Shown: in pieces, positions 21,156-32,244 of the stretch
Numbering within the stretch: position 1 is the stretch's first letter
Layout: the number at the start of each line of letters is the position of its first letter
Source of the DNA: Alphaproteobacteria bacterium
GTDB lineage: Bacteria; Pseudomonadota; Alphaproteobacteria; UBA2966
Direction of reading: 5' to 3'
NCBI GenBank assembly: GCA_965200265.1
Contig: OZ241357.1
Span: 106,290 to 170,289 of the forward strand
DNA: 64,000 nt
The notes under the pieces: generated by a model
What the model saw: only the letters and a program-made list of their open reading frames with translations
What the model was told of the DNA's origin: nothing
Databases searched by the model: none
Made by a program: the position numbers and the translations under genes

Positions 21156-21287
21156 GACAACCGCGGCACCCTCACCCCATGCCCGTCATCCGCCCGGGGG
21201 CCGCCCGCGCGAACCCGCGCCGTGGCCCCCCATCTGCCGGACCGCGATTGTAACGGCGGGGAGCGCCGCCCGCAAAATCGTTCCCGC

Positions 21288-22016
21288 TTATCCGTGAGGG
21301 TCATCCGGCGATGAACGGGACGGGTCACGGGCTTCATCGCCACCGGGTCCGTTCACGGGTTCCCCGGTTTCCGGGTCGCCGCCACCGGCCGGCGGGCCGG
21401 GGTCGTCCGGAGCGAGGGCGTCCTGTCCGGGGTCCCCGGCGGGGGCGAGGGAGGCGTCCTCGAAGAACTCCGCCGCCGCGACCGCCGGATCCTCCCCGGC
21501 CGCCGCCTCGTCCTCCGTCGGGGCGGCGGCCGTTTCCGGGCGAAGCGCGGCTTCCTGCTGTTCGGCTTCCGCCTCGGAGCGGGCGACGTTGACGTTGATG
21601 GACACGGTGACCTCGGGATGCAGGGCCACGCGCACCGGGTGAACGCCCAGGGTCTTGATGCCGCGGTCCAGCAGCACCTGCTTGCGGTCGATGTTGAACC
21701 CGGCCTCGGTCACGCCGTTGGCGATGTCGCGGGCGTTCGCCGAGCCGTACAGCTGTCCCGTGTCGCTGGATTGCCGGATCAGGACGACGCGCAGGCCCTC
21801 CATGCGGGCACCCACCGATTCGGCCTCCGCCCGGCGCTCGAGGTTGCGCGCCTCGAGCTCGGTCCGCTGCCGCTCGAATCTCTCGCGATTCTCCGCCGTC
21901 GCCCGGAGCGCCTTGCGCTGGGGCAGCAGGTAGTTGCGCGCGTAGCCGTCCTTGACGGTGACGACGTCGCCCATCTGGCCGAGATGCTCCACGCGTTCCA
22001 TGAGAATGACGTCCAT
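21288..22016 (-). CDS. rplI: 50S ribosomal protein L9 with acidic C-terminal tail
   Basis: [35 protein letters not shown]. Confidence 0.97.
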   Translation of the reverse strand: MDVILMERVEHLGQMGDVVTVKDGYARNYLLPQRKALRATAENRERFERQRTELEARNLERRAEAESVGARMEGLRVVLIRQSSDTGQLYGSANARDIANGVTEAGFNIDRKQVLLDRGIKTLGVHPVRVALHPEVTVSINVNVARSEAEAEQQEAALRPETAAAPTEDEAAAGEDPAVAAAEFFEDASLAPAGDPGQDALAPDDPGPPAGGGDPETGEPVNGPGGDEARDPSRSSPDDPHG

Positions 22017-22960
22017 TACTCTTCCTCGCCTTTGTAGACCACGCCGCAACGGCGGCGGAGATTGAACCATTGCTCGACAAGCCCGATACCCGAGATCAAC
22101 GCCAGGCCGAAGAGCCCGAACAGGACCAGCACCACGTAAAAGACCACCAGCACGATGTGGGGGGCGGGCAACCTGCCGACGAGGGCATGTACCACCCCCA
22201 GGCCCAGCAGCAGGTACGGGACCATGATGTAGACCGATATCGTGGCGCCCGCATAGCCGATCGGGTCCGGCGCCAGGGAGGCCAGCAGCGCGGCTCCGAA
22301 CGCGAGAGCGAGAGCGCGGGGCAGCTGCAGGACGGCGACCCTCGGAGACGGCCGCAGGTTCCGGCCGAAGCGGACCAGAAGACCCTGGGCCAGCACCCCG
22401 TTCAGGGACATCATGACGATCCACGAAACGCCCACGAGCGCCGGGAACAACGGCTCCCAGACGTCCATGAGCGCGCGCGCGCCTTCCAGCTCCGCCCACG
22501 GCCGGCCCGAGAGCTTTTCCAGGATGGTCGCGAGAAACCGCTCGACCTGCCCCCGCAACCCGCCCTCCAGTCCGGCGAACGCCGCGACGGCCACCAGGAA
22601 GTAGCCGCCGGCCAGCACGGACAGCCAGGTGACCAGCCGCCCGGCCGGATACCAGTCGACCGTTCCGGAGCCTTGCCGGGACAGCAGGGCGAGATGGACG
22701 ATCCAGACGACGGGTCCCGCCGTGAGGCCGGCGTACATCGCGGCGCTCAGGATCTCGTCTCCGACCCCGGTCACGACCGTCCCCGTCGCAGCGGCGATCA
22801 ACAGCGGCGTGACGCCCAGGCTCAGTCCCGCCACGAACAGGGGAAGCGACGACAGGTAGGCGAGAATGACCGCCCCCGGCGACCCGGCCAGGATGGAAAG
22901 GTACAGGAGGGCGCTGGCGACGCCCGCTCCGGCCGCAAGGAATGCCGTTCTCGACATCAT
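22016..22960 (-). CDS. DUF2232/YybS-like membrane protein
   Basis: Polytopic hydrophobic protein with WYPAGRL motif between rpsR and rplI. Confidence 0.8.
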   Translation of the reverse strand: MMSRTAFLAAGAGVASALLYLSILAGSPGAVILAYLSSLPLFVAGLSLGVTPLLIAAATGTVVTGVGDEILSAAMYAGLTAGPVVWIVHLALLSRQGSGTVDWYPAGRLVTWLSVLAGGYFLVAVAAFAGLEGGLRGQVERFLATILEKLSGRPWAELEGARALMDVWEPLFPALVGVSWIVMMSLNGVLAQGLLVRFGRNLRPSPRVAVLQLPRALALAFGAALLASLAPDPIGYAGATISVYIMVPYLLLGLGVVHALVGRLPAPHIVLVVFYVVLVLFGLFGLALISGIGLVEQWFNLRRRCGVVYKGEEE

Positions 22961-22987
22961 GTCGCGGGTCTCGCCCGCCCACCGGTT

Positions 22988-23245
22988 CTAGTGGAGCATG
23001 TACGGAAGCAGCGCCAGGAACCTGGCGCGCTTTATCGCCCGGGCGAGCTCGCGCTGCTTCTTGTTGGAAACCGCGGTGATCCGGCTGGGCACCATCTTCC
23101 CGCGCTCCGAGACGAACCGTTGCAGAAGCTTCACGTCCTTGTAATCGATCTTCGGCGCTCCGGGCGCGGAGAACGGACAGGATTTCCGGCGCCGGAAGAA
23201 CGTGCGCCGCGCCGGAGAAGAGGACGTCGGTCGGGCCGCGTTCAT
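22988..23245 (-). CDS. rpsR: 30S ribosomal protein S18
   Basis: [29 protein letters not shown]. Confidence 0.98.
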   Translation of the reverse strand: MNAARPTSSSPARRTFFRRRKSCPFSAPGAPKIDYKDVKLLQRFVSERGKMVPSRITAVSNKKQRELARAIKRARFLALLPYMLH

Positions 23246-23787
23246 TCCTTGTCTCCCGAATCGGTCGTTTCCCCGACCGCCGGCCGCGGGCTTCCCGAAG
23301 ATGTTTCGTTTTCGGAAGGCGTCCGGGCGGCCGCCGGCGCCTCGGGTTCCGAAGGCGTCCGGGTGGTCGCCGATTTCCCGTCGGCCGGGGGCGTCTCCCG
23401 CGGCGGCGCCTCACTCCTCGAGCGGCGCCCGCCGCGGTCGCCCCGGCGCCGGTCGTCGCGGCTTCCCTTCGACTGCATGACGATCGACGGCCCTTCCTCC
23501 AGTTCCTCGACCCGGATCGTCAGGTGGCGCAGGACGTCCTCGTGGATGCGCATGTTGCGCTCCATCTCGTGGACCGCGCCGGTCGGCGCGTCGAGGTTCA
23601 TCAGGACGTAATGGGCCTTGCGGTTCTTCTTCAACCGGTAGGCGAGGGTTCTGAGGCCCCAGTGTTCGACCTTGGGGACGGAACCGCCGCCTTCCTCGAC
23701 GATGGCGCTGAATTCCTTCGTCAGCGACTCCACCTGGTTCGCGGAAACGTCCGGGCGCACGAGAAACACGTTCTCGTAAAGTGGCAT
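23242..23787 (-). CDS. rpsF: 30S ribosomal protein S6 with extended C-terminus
   Basis: [27 protein letters not shown]. Confidence 0.97.
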   Translation of the reverse strand: MPLYENVFLVRPDVSANQVESLTKEFSAIVEEGGGSVPKVEHWGLRTLAYRLKKNRKAHYVLMNLDAPTGAVHEMERNMRIHEDVLRHLTIRVEELEEGPSIVMQSKGSRDDRRRGDRGGRRSRSEAPPRETPPADGKSATTRTPSEPEAPAAARTPSENETSSGSPRPAVGETTDSGDKE

Positions 23788-23886
23788 ACCGATACTCCCT
23801 CTGGCTGTGTCGGTCCGGCGCAACGCCGGACACAGCCGCACGCTCCGGCGAGGAGCGTCCGGCAAGGAGCGGTGTCAAGGCGCGGC

Positions 23887-23973
23887 ACTATACCGATCGC
23901 GTCGCCGGGCGCAAGCGGGTCGATCGTGCGCCGGGGGCCGTGGATTGCGCCGCCTCGCGCCGTTGGCGACAAT
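23887..23973. promoter_or_regulatory. Divergent sigma70-like promoters for rpsF (-) and fabD (+)
   Basis: Minus: TTGCGC-16-TATAGT (23914-23887); plus: TTGCGC-17-GACAAT (23945-23973). Confidence 0.55.
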
Positions 23974-24004
23974 GCGGCGTCGAGACGATGACGGATGAGG
24001 CTCC

Positions 24005-24973
24005 ATGACGCGCGCGTTCGTTTTCCCGGGACAGGGATCGCAGGAAGTCGGGATGGGCCGGGAGCTCGCGGAGGCCTTCTCCGCCGCCCGGCACGTGTTC
24101 GAGGAGGTGGACGAGGCTCTGGGCATGAACCTCTCCCGTCTCGCGTTCGAGGGACCGGAGGACGATCTCACCCTGACCGAAAACGCCCAGCCGGCGTTGA
24201 TGGCGACGAGCGTCGCCGCGGTCCGCGTCCTCGAGGCCGAGGCCGGCGTGACCCTGCCGGACGTCTGCCGGTTCGTCGCCGGCCACTCGCTCGGCGAGTA
24301 CTCGGCCCTGACGGCGGCCGGCGCCATCGCGCTCGACGAGGCCGCCCGCGTCCTGCGCGCGCGGGGCGCCGCGATGCAGCGGGCGGTTCCGGTCGGCGAC
24401 GGCGCCATGGCGGCGGTGCTCGGATTCCCGCTCGACGACGTGGCGGCCGTCGCCGAGGAGGCGCGGCGCGGCGCGGACGAGGCCTCGGGCGCCGGCCCCG
24501 GCGTGTGCGCGGCGGCGAACGACAACGCGCCCGGCCAGGTCGTCGTCAGCGGGGATGTGGCGGCCGTTGAACGCGCCGTGACGCTGGCGAGGGAGCGGGG
24601 CGCGCGGCGGGCGATCGTGCTCGACGTGAGCGCGCCCTTTCACTGCCCCCTGATGCGGCCGGCGGCCGACGAGATGGCGGAGGTGCTGGCGGAGATGCCG
24701 ATCGCTCCGCCGCGCGTGCCCGTCGTCGCCAACGTGAGCGCGCGCGGCGAGAGCGACCCCGAGACCCTGCGCGGGCTGTTGATCGAGCAGATCACGAAAA
24801 TGGTACGCTGGCGGGAAAGCGTCGAGTTCATGAGGGACCAGGGGGTCGGGACGCTGGTCGAGCTCGGCGCCGGAAAGGTGCTGACGGGACTGGTCCGGCG
24901 GATCGACCGGGACCTGACCGGAATCGCCGTCGGCTCCCCCCGGGACGTCGAGGACGTGTTGAGGACCTTCTGA
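24005..24973 (+). CDS. fabD: Malonyl-CoA:ACP transacylase
   Basis: FPGQGSQ, GHSLGEY, VSAPFH. Confidence 0.97.
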   Translation: MTRAFVFPGQGSQEVGMGRELAEAFSAARHVFEEVDEALGMNLSRLAFEGPEDDLTLTENAQPALMATSVAAVRVLEAEAGVTLPDVCRFVAGHSLGEYSALTAAGAIALDEAARVLRARGAAMQRAVPVGDGAMAAVLGFPLDDVAAVAEEARRGADEASGAGPGVCAAANDNAPGQVVVSGDVAAVERAVTLARERGARRAIVLDVSAPFHCPLMRPAADEMAEVLAEMPIAPPRVPVVANVSARGESDPETLRGLLIEQITKMVRWRESVEFMRDQGVGTLVELGAGKVLTGLVRRIDRDLTGIAVGSPRDVEDVLRTF

Positions 24974-25710
24974 TGTTCGATCTCGGCGGGAAGCGCGCAC
25001 TGGTCACCGGCGCCTCGGGCGGGATCGGCGGGGCGATCGCCCGCGCGCTGCACGAGCGGGGCGCGACCGTCTCCGTTTCGGGAACCCGGCGGGAGGCGCT
25101 GGACGGGCTGGCGCGGGAGCTCGGCGACCGGGGCCACGCGATACCGTGCGACCTCTCCGACCCCGCCGCCGTCGAGGCCCTCGTGGGCGCGGCGGAGGAA
25201 CTCATGGGCGCGGTCGACGTCGTCGTCAACAACGCCGGCATCGCGCGGGACAATATCGCGGCGCGGCTGAAGGACGAGGACTGGCAGCGGGTCATCGACG
25301 TCAATCTCACCGCCGCGTTCCGGATCTCCCGCGCAGCCCTGCGCGGCATGATGCGCCGCCGCTGGGGACGCATCGTCAACGTGGCGTCCGTCGTCGGCGT
25401 GTCGGGGAACGCTGGCCAGGCCAACTACGTGGCGTCGAAGGCCGGGCTCATCGGATTGACCAAATCCCTGGCCCGGGAAGTGGCGTCGAGGTCCATCACC
25501 GCCAACTGCATCGCTCCGGGGTTCATCGAGACCGCGATGACGGAGTCCCTGGGCGGCGACCGGCGGGACCGGCTGGCCGCCGACATCCCGGCCGGGCGTT
25601 TCGGCGTCCCGTCCGACGTCGCGTCGGCGGCCGTGTTTCTGGCCAGCGACGAGGCCGCCTACGTCACCGGTCATACGTTGCACGTCAACGGCGGCATGGT
25701 GATGGTCTGA
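24973..25710 (+). CDS. fabG: 3-oxoacyl-ACP reductase
   Basis: TGASGGIG, NNAGIARD, YVASKAG, APGFIET. Confidence 0.96.
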   Translation: MFDLGGKRALVTGASGGIGGAIARALHERGATVSVSGTRREALDGLARELGDRGHAIPCDLSDPAAVEALVGAAEELMGAVDVVVNNAGIARDNIAARLKDEDWQRVIDVNLTAAFRISRAALRGMMRRRWGRIVNVASVVGVSGNAGQANYVASKAGLIGLTKSLAREVASRSITANCIAPGFIETAMTESLGGDRRDRLAADIPAGRFGVPSDVASAAVFLASDEAAYVTGHTLHVNGGMVMV

Positions 25711-25856
25711 CGACGACCGGGACCGTATCCGCCCCACTGGCCAAGGTCGCCAAAGTGTGTTACCAACCGCCGGCTTTCGGCGGCGCCGGAAGCGGAACTT
25801 GCGGCCGTCCGGGTCCGGGAGACAGTTCTCAACAGTTGCATCCGGGGATTTGATCC

Positions 25857-26093
25857 ATGAGCGACGTTACCGAACGCGTAAAGAAGATCGTCATCGAGCA
25901 CCTCGGCGTCGAAGACGAGAAAGTCACGGAAAACGCCAGTTTTATCGATGACCTCGGGGCCGACAGCCTGGACACGGTCGAGCTGGTCATGGCGTTCGAG
26001 GAGGAATTCGGTTGCGAGATTCCCGACGACGCGGCCGAGAAGATCCTGACCGTGAAGGATGCGATCACCTACCTGGAGGGGCAGGTATCCTGA
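25857..26093 (+). CDS. acpP: Acyl carrier protein
   Basis: [20 protein letters not shown]. Confidence 0.98.
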   Translation: MSDVTERVKKIVIEHLGVEDEKVTENASFIDDLGADSLDTVELVMAFEEEFGCEIPDDAAEKILTVKDAITYLEGQVS

Positions 26094-26151
26094 CGTCCCC
26101 GCGCGCCGCCCCGAACGGGGAACGTGGCGCGCCCGAACCCGCCTTGCCGAA

Positions 26152-27411
26152 ATGAGACGAGTCGTCGTCACCGGGATCGGTCTCGTCACGCCTCTCGCGT
26201 CGGGGGTGAAGGAAACCTGGGGCCGCCTGATCGCCGGCGAATCGGGCGCCGGCCCGATCGCGAGGTTCGATGCGTCGGATCTGACATGTCGAATCGCCTG
26301 CGAGGTTCCCCGCGGGGAGGGCGCGGGCCTGTTCGACGCCGACGACCACGTTTCGCCCAAGGATCAGCGCAAGGTCGACCGGTTCATCGTGTTCGGCATA
26401 GCGGCCGCGCGGCAGGCAGTCGAGGACGCCGGCTGGACCCCGACGGACGAGGAGTCGCTCGAGCGGACGGGCGTGCTTCTGGGATCGGGGATAGGCGGGC
26501 TGGAGAGTATCGAGAACTCCGCGATCACCCTCCATGAACGGGGCTCCCGCCGCGTCAGCCCCTTCTTCATCCCGTCGGCCCTGATCAACCTGCTGTCCGG
26601 CCACGTTTCGATCAGGTTCGGTTTCAAGGGGCCGAACCACGCGGTCGTCACCGCCTGCGCGACGGGCGCCCACGCCATCGGCGACGCGGCGCGGATCATC
26701 GAGTTGGGAGACGCGGACGTGATGGTGGCGGGCGGCGCCGAGGCCGCCATCTGTCGCCTGGGAGTCGCCGGGTTCGCCGCGTCGAAGGCCTTGTCGACCG
26801 CTTTCAACGACGAGCCGACCAGGGCCTCGCGGCCTTGGGACCGGGCGCGGGACGGGTTCGTCATGGGAGAAGGGGCGGGCGTCGTGGTCCTCGAGGAACT
26901 CGGGCACGCGAAGGCCCGGGGGGCCAGGATCTACGGCGAGCTCAAGGGCTACGGCCTGTCCGGGGACGCGCATCACATCACCGCGCCGGCCGAGGACGGG
27001 GACGGCGGGTTCCGGGCCATGAAGATGGCGCTGGAGCGGGCCGGGATGAATTTCGGCGACATCGACTACATCAACGCGCACGGCACGTCGACGCCGCTCG
27101 GGGACGAGATCGAGCTCGGCGCCGTCAAGCGGCTGTTCGGCGCCGCCGCCTACGAGCTTTCGATGTCCTCCACCAAGTCGGCGATCGGGCATCTTCTGGG
27201 AGCCGCCGGCGCCGTGGAGGCCATTTTCGGCATCTTGGCGATGAACGAGGGCGTGGTGCCGCCGACGCTGAACCTGGACGATCCCTCGGACGGGTGCGAT
27301 CTGGATCTGGTTCCCCGCCAGGCCAGGGAGCGTCCGGTGAACGCCGTGCTGTCGAACTCCTTCGGGTTCGGCGGCACCAACGCCACGCTCGTCTTCACCC
27401 GGGCGCCGTAA
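26152..27411 (+). CDS. fabF: Beta-ketoacyl-ACP synthase II
   Basis: MRRVVVTGIG, TACATG, NAHGTST, KSAIGHLLGAAG, NSFGFGG. Confidence 0.97.
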   Translation: MRRVVVTGIGLVTPLASGVKETWGRLIAGESGAGPIARFDASDLTCRIACEVPRGEGAGLFDADDHVSPKDQRKVDRFIVFGIAAARQAVEDAGWTPTDEESLERTGVLLGSGIGGLESIENSAITLHERGSRRVSPFFIPSALINLLSGHVSIRFGFKGPNHAVVTACATGAHAIGDAARIIELGDADVMVAGGAEAAICRLGVAGFAASKALSTAFNDEPTRASRPWDRARDGFVMGEGAGVVVLEELGHAKARGARIYGELKGYGLSGDAHHITAPAEDGDGGFRAMKMALERAGMNFGDIDYINAHGTSTPLGDEIELGAVKRLFGAAAYELSMSSTKSAIGHLLGAAGAVEAIFGILAMNEGVVPPTLNLDDPSDGCDLDLVPRQARERPVNAVLSNSFGFGGTNATLVFTRAP

Positions 27412-27428
27412 GGAACGCCGGGGCCGGC

Positions 27429-28439
27429 GTGGAGCGCTCGCGGGCCCGCCGGGCGTGCTGGGTTCTGGCGCTGCTGTCGGCGTTGGCCGTCGCCTCGGTC
27501 GCCGGCGCGATCGTCTGGGGAGCGTCGATCTTTCGGAGTCCGGGGCCTCTCGTAGAGGCGACGGACGTGGTGTTCCCGCGGGGGGCGGACCTGCGCCGGA
27601 TCGCGCGGCTTCTCCACGAAAACGGGGTGATCGATCGTCCCGGCGTATTCCGGGCGGCGGTGCGTGCGCTCGGCAAGTCGCGCCGGCTCAAGGCCGGCGA
27701 ATTCAGGTTCCCGCCGGGGGTCTCTCCGATGGGGGCGATGAACATTCTCGTCGACGGCGAGACCGTCGTTCGCCGGTTCACCCTGCCGGAGGGTCTGACC
27801 CGGGCGCGGGCGCTTGAGCTCCTGTCGAAGGCGGAAGGCCTCGTGGGCGCCGTCGACGCGCGGGACGTGGAGGAGGGCCGGCTGCTGCCCGACACGTATC
27901 ACTTCGGCTTCGGCGACCGGCGCGCCGACCTGCTGGCGCGAATGCGGACCGCGATGACCGATACGCTGGACGCGCTCTGGCAGGCCCGTGCCCCGGACCT
28001 GCCGCTCGACGGTCCCCGCGAGGCCCTGATCCTCGCATCCATCATCGAGAAGGAAACGGCGTCGGCGGACGAGCGGGCCCGGATTTCGGGCGTGTTCATC
28101 AACCGGCTCGGACGCGGGATGCGCCTGCAATCGGACCCGACCGTCGCCTTCGCCCTGACCGGCGGCAAGGAACCCCTGGGGCGCGAACTGACCCGCCGGG
28201 ACCTTCGCGTTCGCCATCCCTACAACACCTACGTCGTCGACGGACTGCCGCCGGGGCCGATCTGCAATCCGGGACGGAAGGCCCTGGAGGCGGCCGTGCG
28301 CCCCGCCCGGACCGACGCGCTGTATTTCGTTGCCGACGGCGCTGGCGGCCACGCCTTCGCGCGGACCCTGAAGGAGCATCTCGTGAACGTGTCGCGGTGG
28401 CGGCGCCTGCGGGAAAACCGCCGGGGAAACGGCGAGTGA
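27429..28439 (+). CDS. mltG: Endolytic transglycosylase MltG
   Basis: N-terminal TM, LASIIEKET, MRLQSDPT, YNTY, GLPPGPICNPG, LYFVADG; GTG start. Confidence 0.93.
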   Translation: MERSRARRACWVLALLSALAVASVAGAIVWGASIFRSPGPLVEATDVVFPRGADLRRIARLLHENGVIDRPGVFRAAVRALGKSRRLKAGEFRFPPGVSPMGAMNILVDGETVVRRFTLPEGLTRARALELLSKAEGLVGAVDARDVEEGRLLPDTYHFGFGDRRADLLARMRTAMTDTLDALWQARAPDLPLDGPREALILASIIEKETASADERARISGVFINRLGRGMRLQSDPTVAFALTGGKEPLGRELTRRDLRVRHPYNTYVVDGLPPGPICNPGRKALEAAVRPARTDALYFVADGAGGHAFARTLKEHLVNVSRWRRLRENRRGNGE

Positions 28440-28535
28440 GCGTCGGGTCCGACGCCGCCGCGCCGGCGCCGGTCTGATATGCTTCGGCGCCGATCGGGGG
28501 CGCGTCCGCGCCGCGAGGTCGAGGGGTGGAGGCGA

Positions 28536-29450
28536 ATGGCGGCCCGTGAAGGCAAGACGGCGGCGCGCCTGTCCAGCATGACCGGATTCTCCCGGGCGAG
28601 CGGACGGGACGCCCGGTACGAGTGGGTCTGGGAGCTCAAGTGCGTCAATGGCCGGGGGCTCGATATCCGATGCCGGCTTCCCGCCGGCCTGGACACGGTC
28701 GAGGCGGCCGCGCGGGCGGCGGCGGCGGCGCGCTTCGGCCGCGGTAGCCTGACCATGACGTTGCGGGCGACTCCGGTCGCGGCCGGCGCCGCGGTCACGG
28801 TCGATCGGGAACTGCTGGAACGGCTTCTCGACGTCGCCCGGGAATACAGGGACGCGCCGGGGGTCCTGCCGCCCCGGCTCGACGGCCTGCTGTCCATCCG
28901 GGGCGTCGTCGAGCCTGCGGAGGAGGCCGGGACCGGCGAGGAGCGGTCGGCCCGTGTCGAGGCGATGATCGAGACCCTCGAGACCGCCCTCGACGGGCTG
29001 CGGGTGGCGCGGTTGGCGGAAGGCGACAGGCTGAGGGAGATCCTGCGCGGCCACGTCGCGGAGATCGGGGAGCTCGTTGCCAAGGCCGTCGCATACGTGG
29101 CGGCCCTGCCGGAGTCGCTCTCCGCCCGCCTCGACGAGCGGCTGTCCGCGATCCTCGACGCGCGGCCCGGCCTGCCGGAAGATCGTCTGGCGCAGGAGCT
29201 CGCCGCGCTGCTCGTGAAGTCCGACGTCAAGGAAGAGGTGGACCGCCTGGCCGCGCACGTGGAGGCGGTCGGCGAACTGCTCGCCGGGGGCGGCGCGGTG
29301 GGACGGCGCCTGGACTTCCTGGCCCAGGAGCTCAACCGGGAGGCCGGCACCCTGTGCGCCAAGGCGGCGGACGTGTCCCTGGCGCGCGTGGGGCTCGACC
29401 TCAAGGCGGTCATCGACCGGTTCCGCGAACAGGTCCAGAACCTCGAATAG
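28536..29450 (+). CDS. yicC: YicC/YloC family endoribonuclease
   Basis: SSMTGF, ELKCVNGRGLD, GRRLDFLAQELNREAGT, REQVQNLE; SD GGAGG. Confidence 0.93.
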   Translation: MAAREGKTAARLSSMTGFSRASGRDARYEWVWELKCVNGRGLDIRCRLPAGLDTVEAAARAAAAARFGRGSLTMTLRATPVAAGAAVTVDRELLERLLDVAREYRDAPGVLPPRLDGLLSIRGVVEPAEEAGTGEERSARVEAMIETLETALDGLRVARLAEGDRLREILRGHVAEIGELVAKAVAYVAALPESLSARLDERLSAILDARPGLPEDRLAQELAALLVKSDVKEEVDRLAAHVEAVGELLAGGGAVGRRLDFLAQELNREAGTLCAKAADVSLARVGLDLKAVIDRFREQVQNLE

Positions 29451-29456
29451 GCGCGC

Positions 29457-30119
29457 GTGATGGTCGATACCGCCGTTCAGCGCCGGGGGCTGATGTTCGT
29501 CCTGTCTTCGCCGTCCGGGGCGGGCAAGACGACGCTGGCGCGTATGCTCGTGGAGACCGACGGCGCCGTCGTCATGTCGGTGTCGGCGACGACGCGGCGT
29601 CCCCGGCCGGGCGAGACCGAGGGCGCCGACTACTTCTTCGTCGATGACGGGCGGTTCGACCGGATGGTGTCCGACGGGGACTTTCTCGAGCACGCCACCG
29701 TCTTCGGCCACCGCTACGGAACGCCGGCGGCGCCCGTGCGGGAGGCGTTGTCCCGGGGCCGGGACGTCCTCTTCGACATCGACTGGCAGGGGGCGCAGCA
29801 GCTGAAGGAAGCCGCCCGCGAGGACGTCGCCAGCGTATTCATCCTGCCGCCGTCCCTGGCGGAACTGGAGAGCCGGTTGCTCTCGCGCGCCCAGGACCCG
29901 GAAGACGTCGTGCGGCGCCGGATGCGGAAGGCCTCCAACGAGATGAGCCACTGGCCCGAATACGACTACGTCCTCATCAACGAGGACGTCGACAAGTGTC
30001 TGCGGGAGGTCTCCGCCATTCTGGCCGCCGAACGCACGAGGCGCGCGCGGCAGACCGGCCTCGCGGAGTTCGTCAAGAACTTCCAGGCCGACGGCTGGAG
30101 CGGCTCCGGCCGAACCTGA
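29457..30119 (+). CDS. gmk: Guanylate kinase
   Basis: SSPSGAGKTT, SATTRRPRPGE, DIDWQGA. Confidence 0.97.
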   Translation: MMVDTAVQRRGLMFVLSSPSGAGKTTLARMLVETDGAVVMSVSATTRRPRPGETEGADYFFVDDGRFDRMVSDGDFLEHATVFGHRYGTPAAPVREALSRGRDVLFDIDWQGAQQLKEAAREDVASVFILPPSLAELESRLLSRAQDPEDVVRRRMRKASNEMSHWPEYDYVLINEDVDKCLREVSAILAAERTRRARQTGLAEFVKNFQADGWSGSGRT

Positions 30120-30254
30120 ACCGTCGCGGGGACCGGCGGCGGACGGTGGACAGGCGCTTCCGCCCCGTGCTAAGGGGCGTGGTGCGTCGGTGGCCGCGCG
30201 CCGCCGCCGGCGGTTCGGGCGCGGGAGACGCGCCATCAAAGGGAGGAAGGAAAG

Positions 30255-30464
30255 CTGGTTCAGGTCGTCGTCAGAGACAACAACATCGATCAGGCCTTGC
30301 GCGCCCTGAAGAAGAAGATGCAGCGCGAGGGGGTGTTCCGCGAGATGAAACTCCGGAACTACTACGAGAAGCCGTCGGAGAAGCGGGCCCGCGAGAAGGC
30401 CGAAGCCGTCCGGCGCGCCCGCAAGCTGGCCCGCAAGAGAGCCCAGCGCGAGGGGAACAACTGA
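30255..30464 (+). CDS. rpsU: 30S ribosomal protein S21 (non-canonical CTG start; not in ORF track)
   Basis: Manual translation (M)[68 protein letters not shown]; SD GGAGG at 30242-30246. Confidence 0.95.
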   Translation: MVQVVVRDNNIDQALRALKKKMQREGVFREMKLRNYYEKPSEKRAREKAEAVRRARKLARKRAQREGNN

Positions 30465-30549
30465 CGCCTCCGGGTCCGTCCGGCCCGTCCGCCGGTCCCG
30501 CGCCGTTCCTGCGAACCTCGAGACCGGACCCGGCATGGGGCCGGCCGGT

Positions 30550-31944
30550 CTACAGTGCGCTCGCCACGTCCTCCGTGAGTTTCTTGGCGTCGGCGAACAG
30601 CATCATGGTGTTGTCCCGGTAGAAGAGGTCGTTGTCGATGCCCGCGTACCCGGGCGACAGCGACCGCTTCACGAACAGCACGCTCTGCGCCTTGTCCACG
30701 TCGAGGATGGGCATCCCGTAGATGGGGCTGCGCGGATCGGTCCGGGCAGCCGGGTTGGTGACGTCGTTGGCGCCGATCACGAACGCCACGTCCGTGCTCG
30801 TGAAATCCGGGTTGATCTCCTCCAGCTCGGACACGTCGTCGTAGGGCACGTTGGCCTCCGCCAGCAGCACGTTCATGTGTCCCGGCATACGTCCGGCCAC
30901 GGGATGGATGGCGTACCGGACGCGCACGCCCTCTTCCCGCAGCCTGTCGGCCATCTCCCGGACGGCGTGTTGCGCCTGGGCGACCGCCATGCCGTATCCC
31001 GGCACGATGATCACCGAACCGGCGTTCTTCATGATGAACGCGGCGTCCTCGGCGCTCCCCGACTTGACGGACCTGTCGCCGGCGGCGCCGGCGGCGGCCG
31101 CGGCGGCGCCCCCGAACCCGCCGAGGATCACGCTGAAGAACGAGCGGTTCATGGCCCGGCACATGATGTAGCTGAGGATGGCGCCGGAGGAGCCGACGAG
31201 CGCGCCCGTCACGATCAGCGCCGGGTTCTGCAACGTGAACCCGATTCCCGCCGCCGCCCAGCCGGAGTACGAGTTGAGCATCGAGATCACCACCGGCATG
31301 TCGGCGCCGCCGATGGGAATGATGATCAGGACCCCGATCAGGAAGCCGAGAGCGGTCATGGCCCAGAACGTCCCGGGCGACTGCTCCAGCGCGAAACCCG
31401 CGAGCAGCGCGACGGCGGCGATCCCGAGCGACAGGTTGAGCCAGTGCTGGCCGGGAAACACGACCGGGTTCCCCGACACCAGCCCCTGCAGCTTGGTGAA
31501 GGCGACCACGGATCCGGAGAACGTGATCGCGCCGATGACGGCGCCCAGCCCCATTTCGATGCGGCTCGGCAGCAGGATGGCGCCCGTCGCGTCGGCGATG
31601 CCATACGCCCCCGGGTTGTCGAGGGCGGCGCCGGCGACGAGGACCGCGGCCATTCCGACGAGGCTGTGGAACGCGGCGACCAGCTGGGGCATCGCCGCCA
31701 TCCGGATCCTGAGGGCCACGGCCGTGCCGACGAGGCCGCCGACCACGAACGCCGCGAGGATCCAGCCATAGGACACGACCTCCGGGCTGATCATCGTGGT
31801 CAGGATGGCGATCGCCATCCCGGCGATGCCGTAGAGGTTTCCGGCCCGCGCCGTTTCCGGCGACGACAGGCCGCGCAGCGCGAGGATGAACAGGACCGAG
31901 GCGGCGAGATACGCGATCGCCGTCAGGTTGCCCGAGACGGACAT
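30550..31944 (-). CDS. pntB: NAD(P) transhydrogenase subunit beta
   Basis: MPQLVAAFHSLVG, IGGADMPVVISMLNSYSG, PGYGMAVAQAQ, HPVAGRMPGHMNVLLAEA. Confidence 0.97.
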   Translation of the reverse strand: MSVSGNLTAIAYLAASVLFILALRGLSSPETARAGNLYGIAGMAIAILTTMISPEVVSYGWILAAFVVGGLVGTAVALRIRMAAMPQLVAAFHSLVGMAAVLVAGAALDNPGAYGIADATGAILLPSRIEMGLGAVIGAITFSGSVVAFTKLQGLVSGNPVVFPGQHWLNLSLGIAAVALLAGFALEQSPGTFWAMTALGFLIGVLIIIPIGGADMPVVISMLNSYSGWAAAGIGFTLQNPALIVTGALVGSSGAILSYIMCRAMNRSFFSVILGGFGGAAAAAAGAAGDRSVKSGSAEDAAFIMKNAGSVIIVPGYGMAVAQAQHAVREMADRLREEGVRVRYAIHPVAGRMPGHMNVLLAEANVPYDDVSELEEINPDFTSTDVAFVIGANDVTNPAARTDPRSPIYGMPILDVDKAQSVLFVKRSLSPGYAGIDNDLFYRDNTMMLFADAKKLTEDVASAL

Positions 31945-31947
31945 CGC

Positions 31948-32244
31948 CTACTTCTTTCTTCGGAACATGCCGAGCATCCGCTGGGTGACGGTGAAGCCGC
32001 CGAAGATGTTGACGGCGGCCAGCGTCATGGCGACGAAACCGAGGACCTTGGCCATGCTCGGCTCGTCGGGTCCGGTGGCGATCAGCGCCCCCACGATGAT
32101 GACGCTGGAGATCGCGTTGGTCACCGACATCAACGGCGTGTGCAACGCGGGAGTCACGCTCCACACGACGTAGTAACCGACGAATATCGCGAGGACGAAG
32201 ATGGTGAGCTGGAAAACGAAGGGATCGGCCGTTTCCATGGTCAT
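31948..32244 (-). CDS. pntAB: NAD(P) transhydrogenase alpha subunit part 2
   Basis: [31 protein letters not shown]. Confidence 0.95.
   Translation of the reverse strand: MTMETADPFVFQLTIFVLAIFVGYYVVWSVTPALHTPLMSVTNAISSVIIVGALIATGPDEPSMAKVLGFVAMTLAAVNIFGGFTVTQRMLGMFRRKK

Noticed and set aside
23311-23385. Short duplication in rpsF tail (RTPSE x2) and acidic rplI tail
   Set aside because: Low-complexity disordered tails common in these proteins
21288-23414. Apparent fusions or long N-terminal extensions (rplI 708 aa, alr 650 aa, YbdK 846 aa, mltG 534 aa, glycerate kinase 762 aa)
   Set aside because: Extensions overlap other real genes out of frame; internal starts match family N-termini
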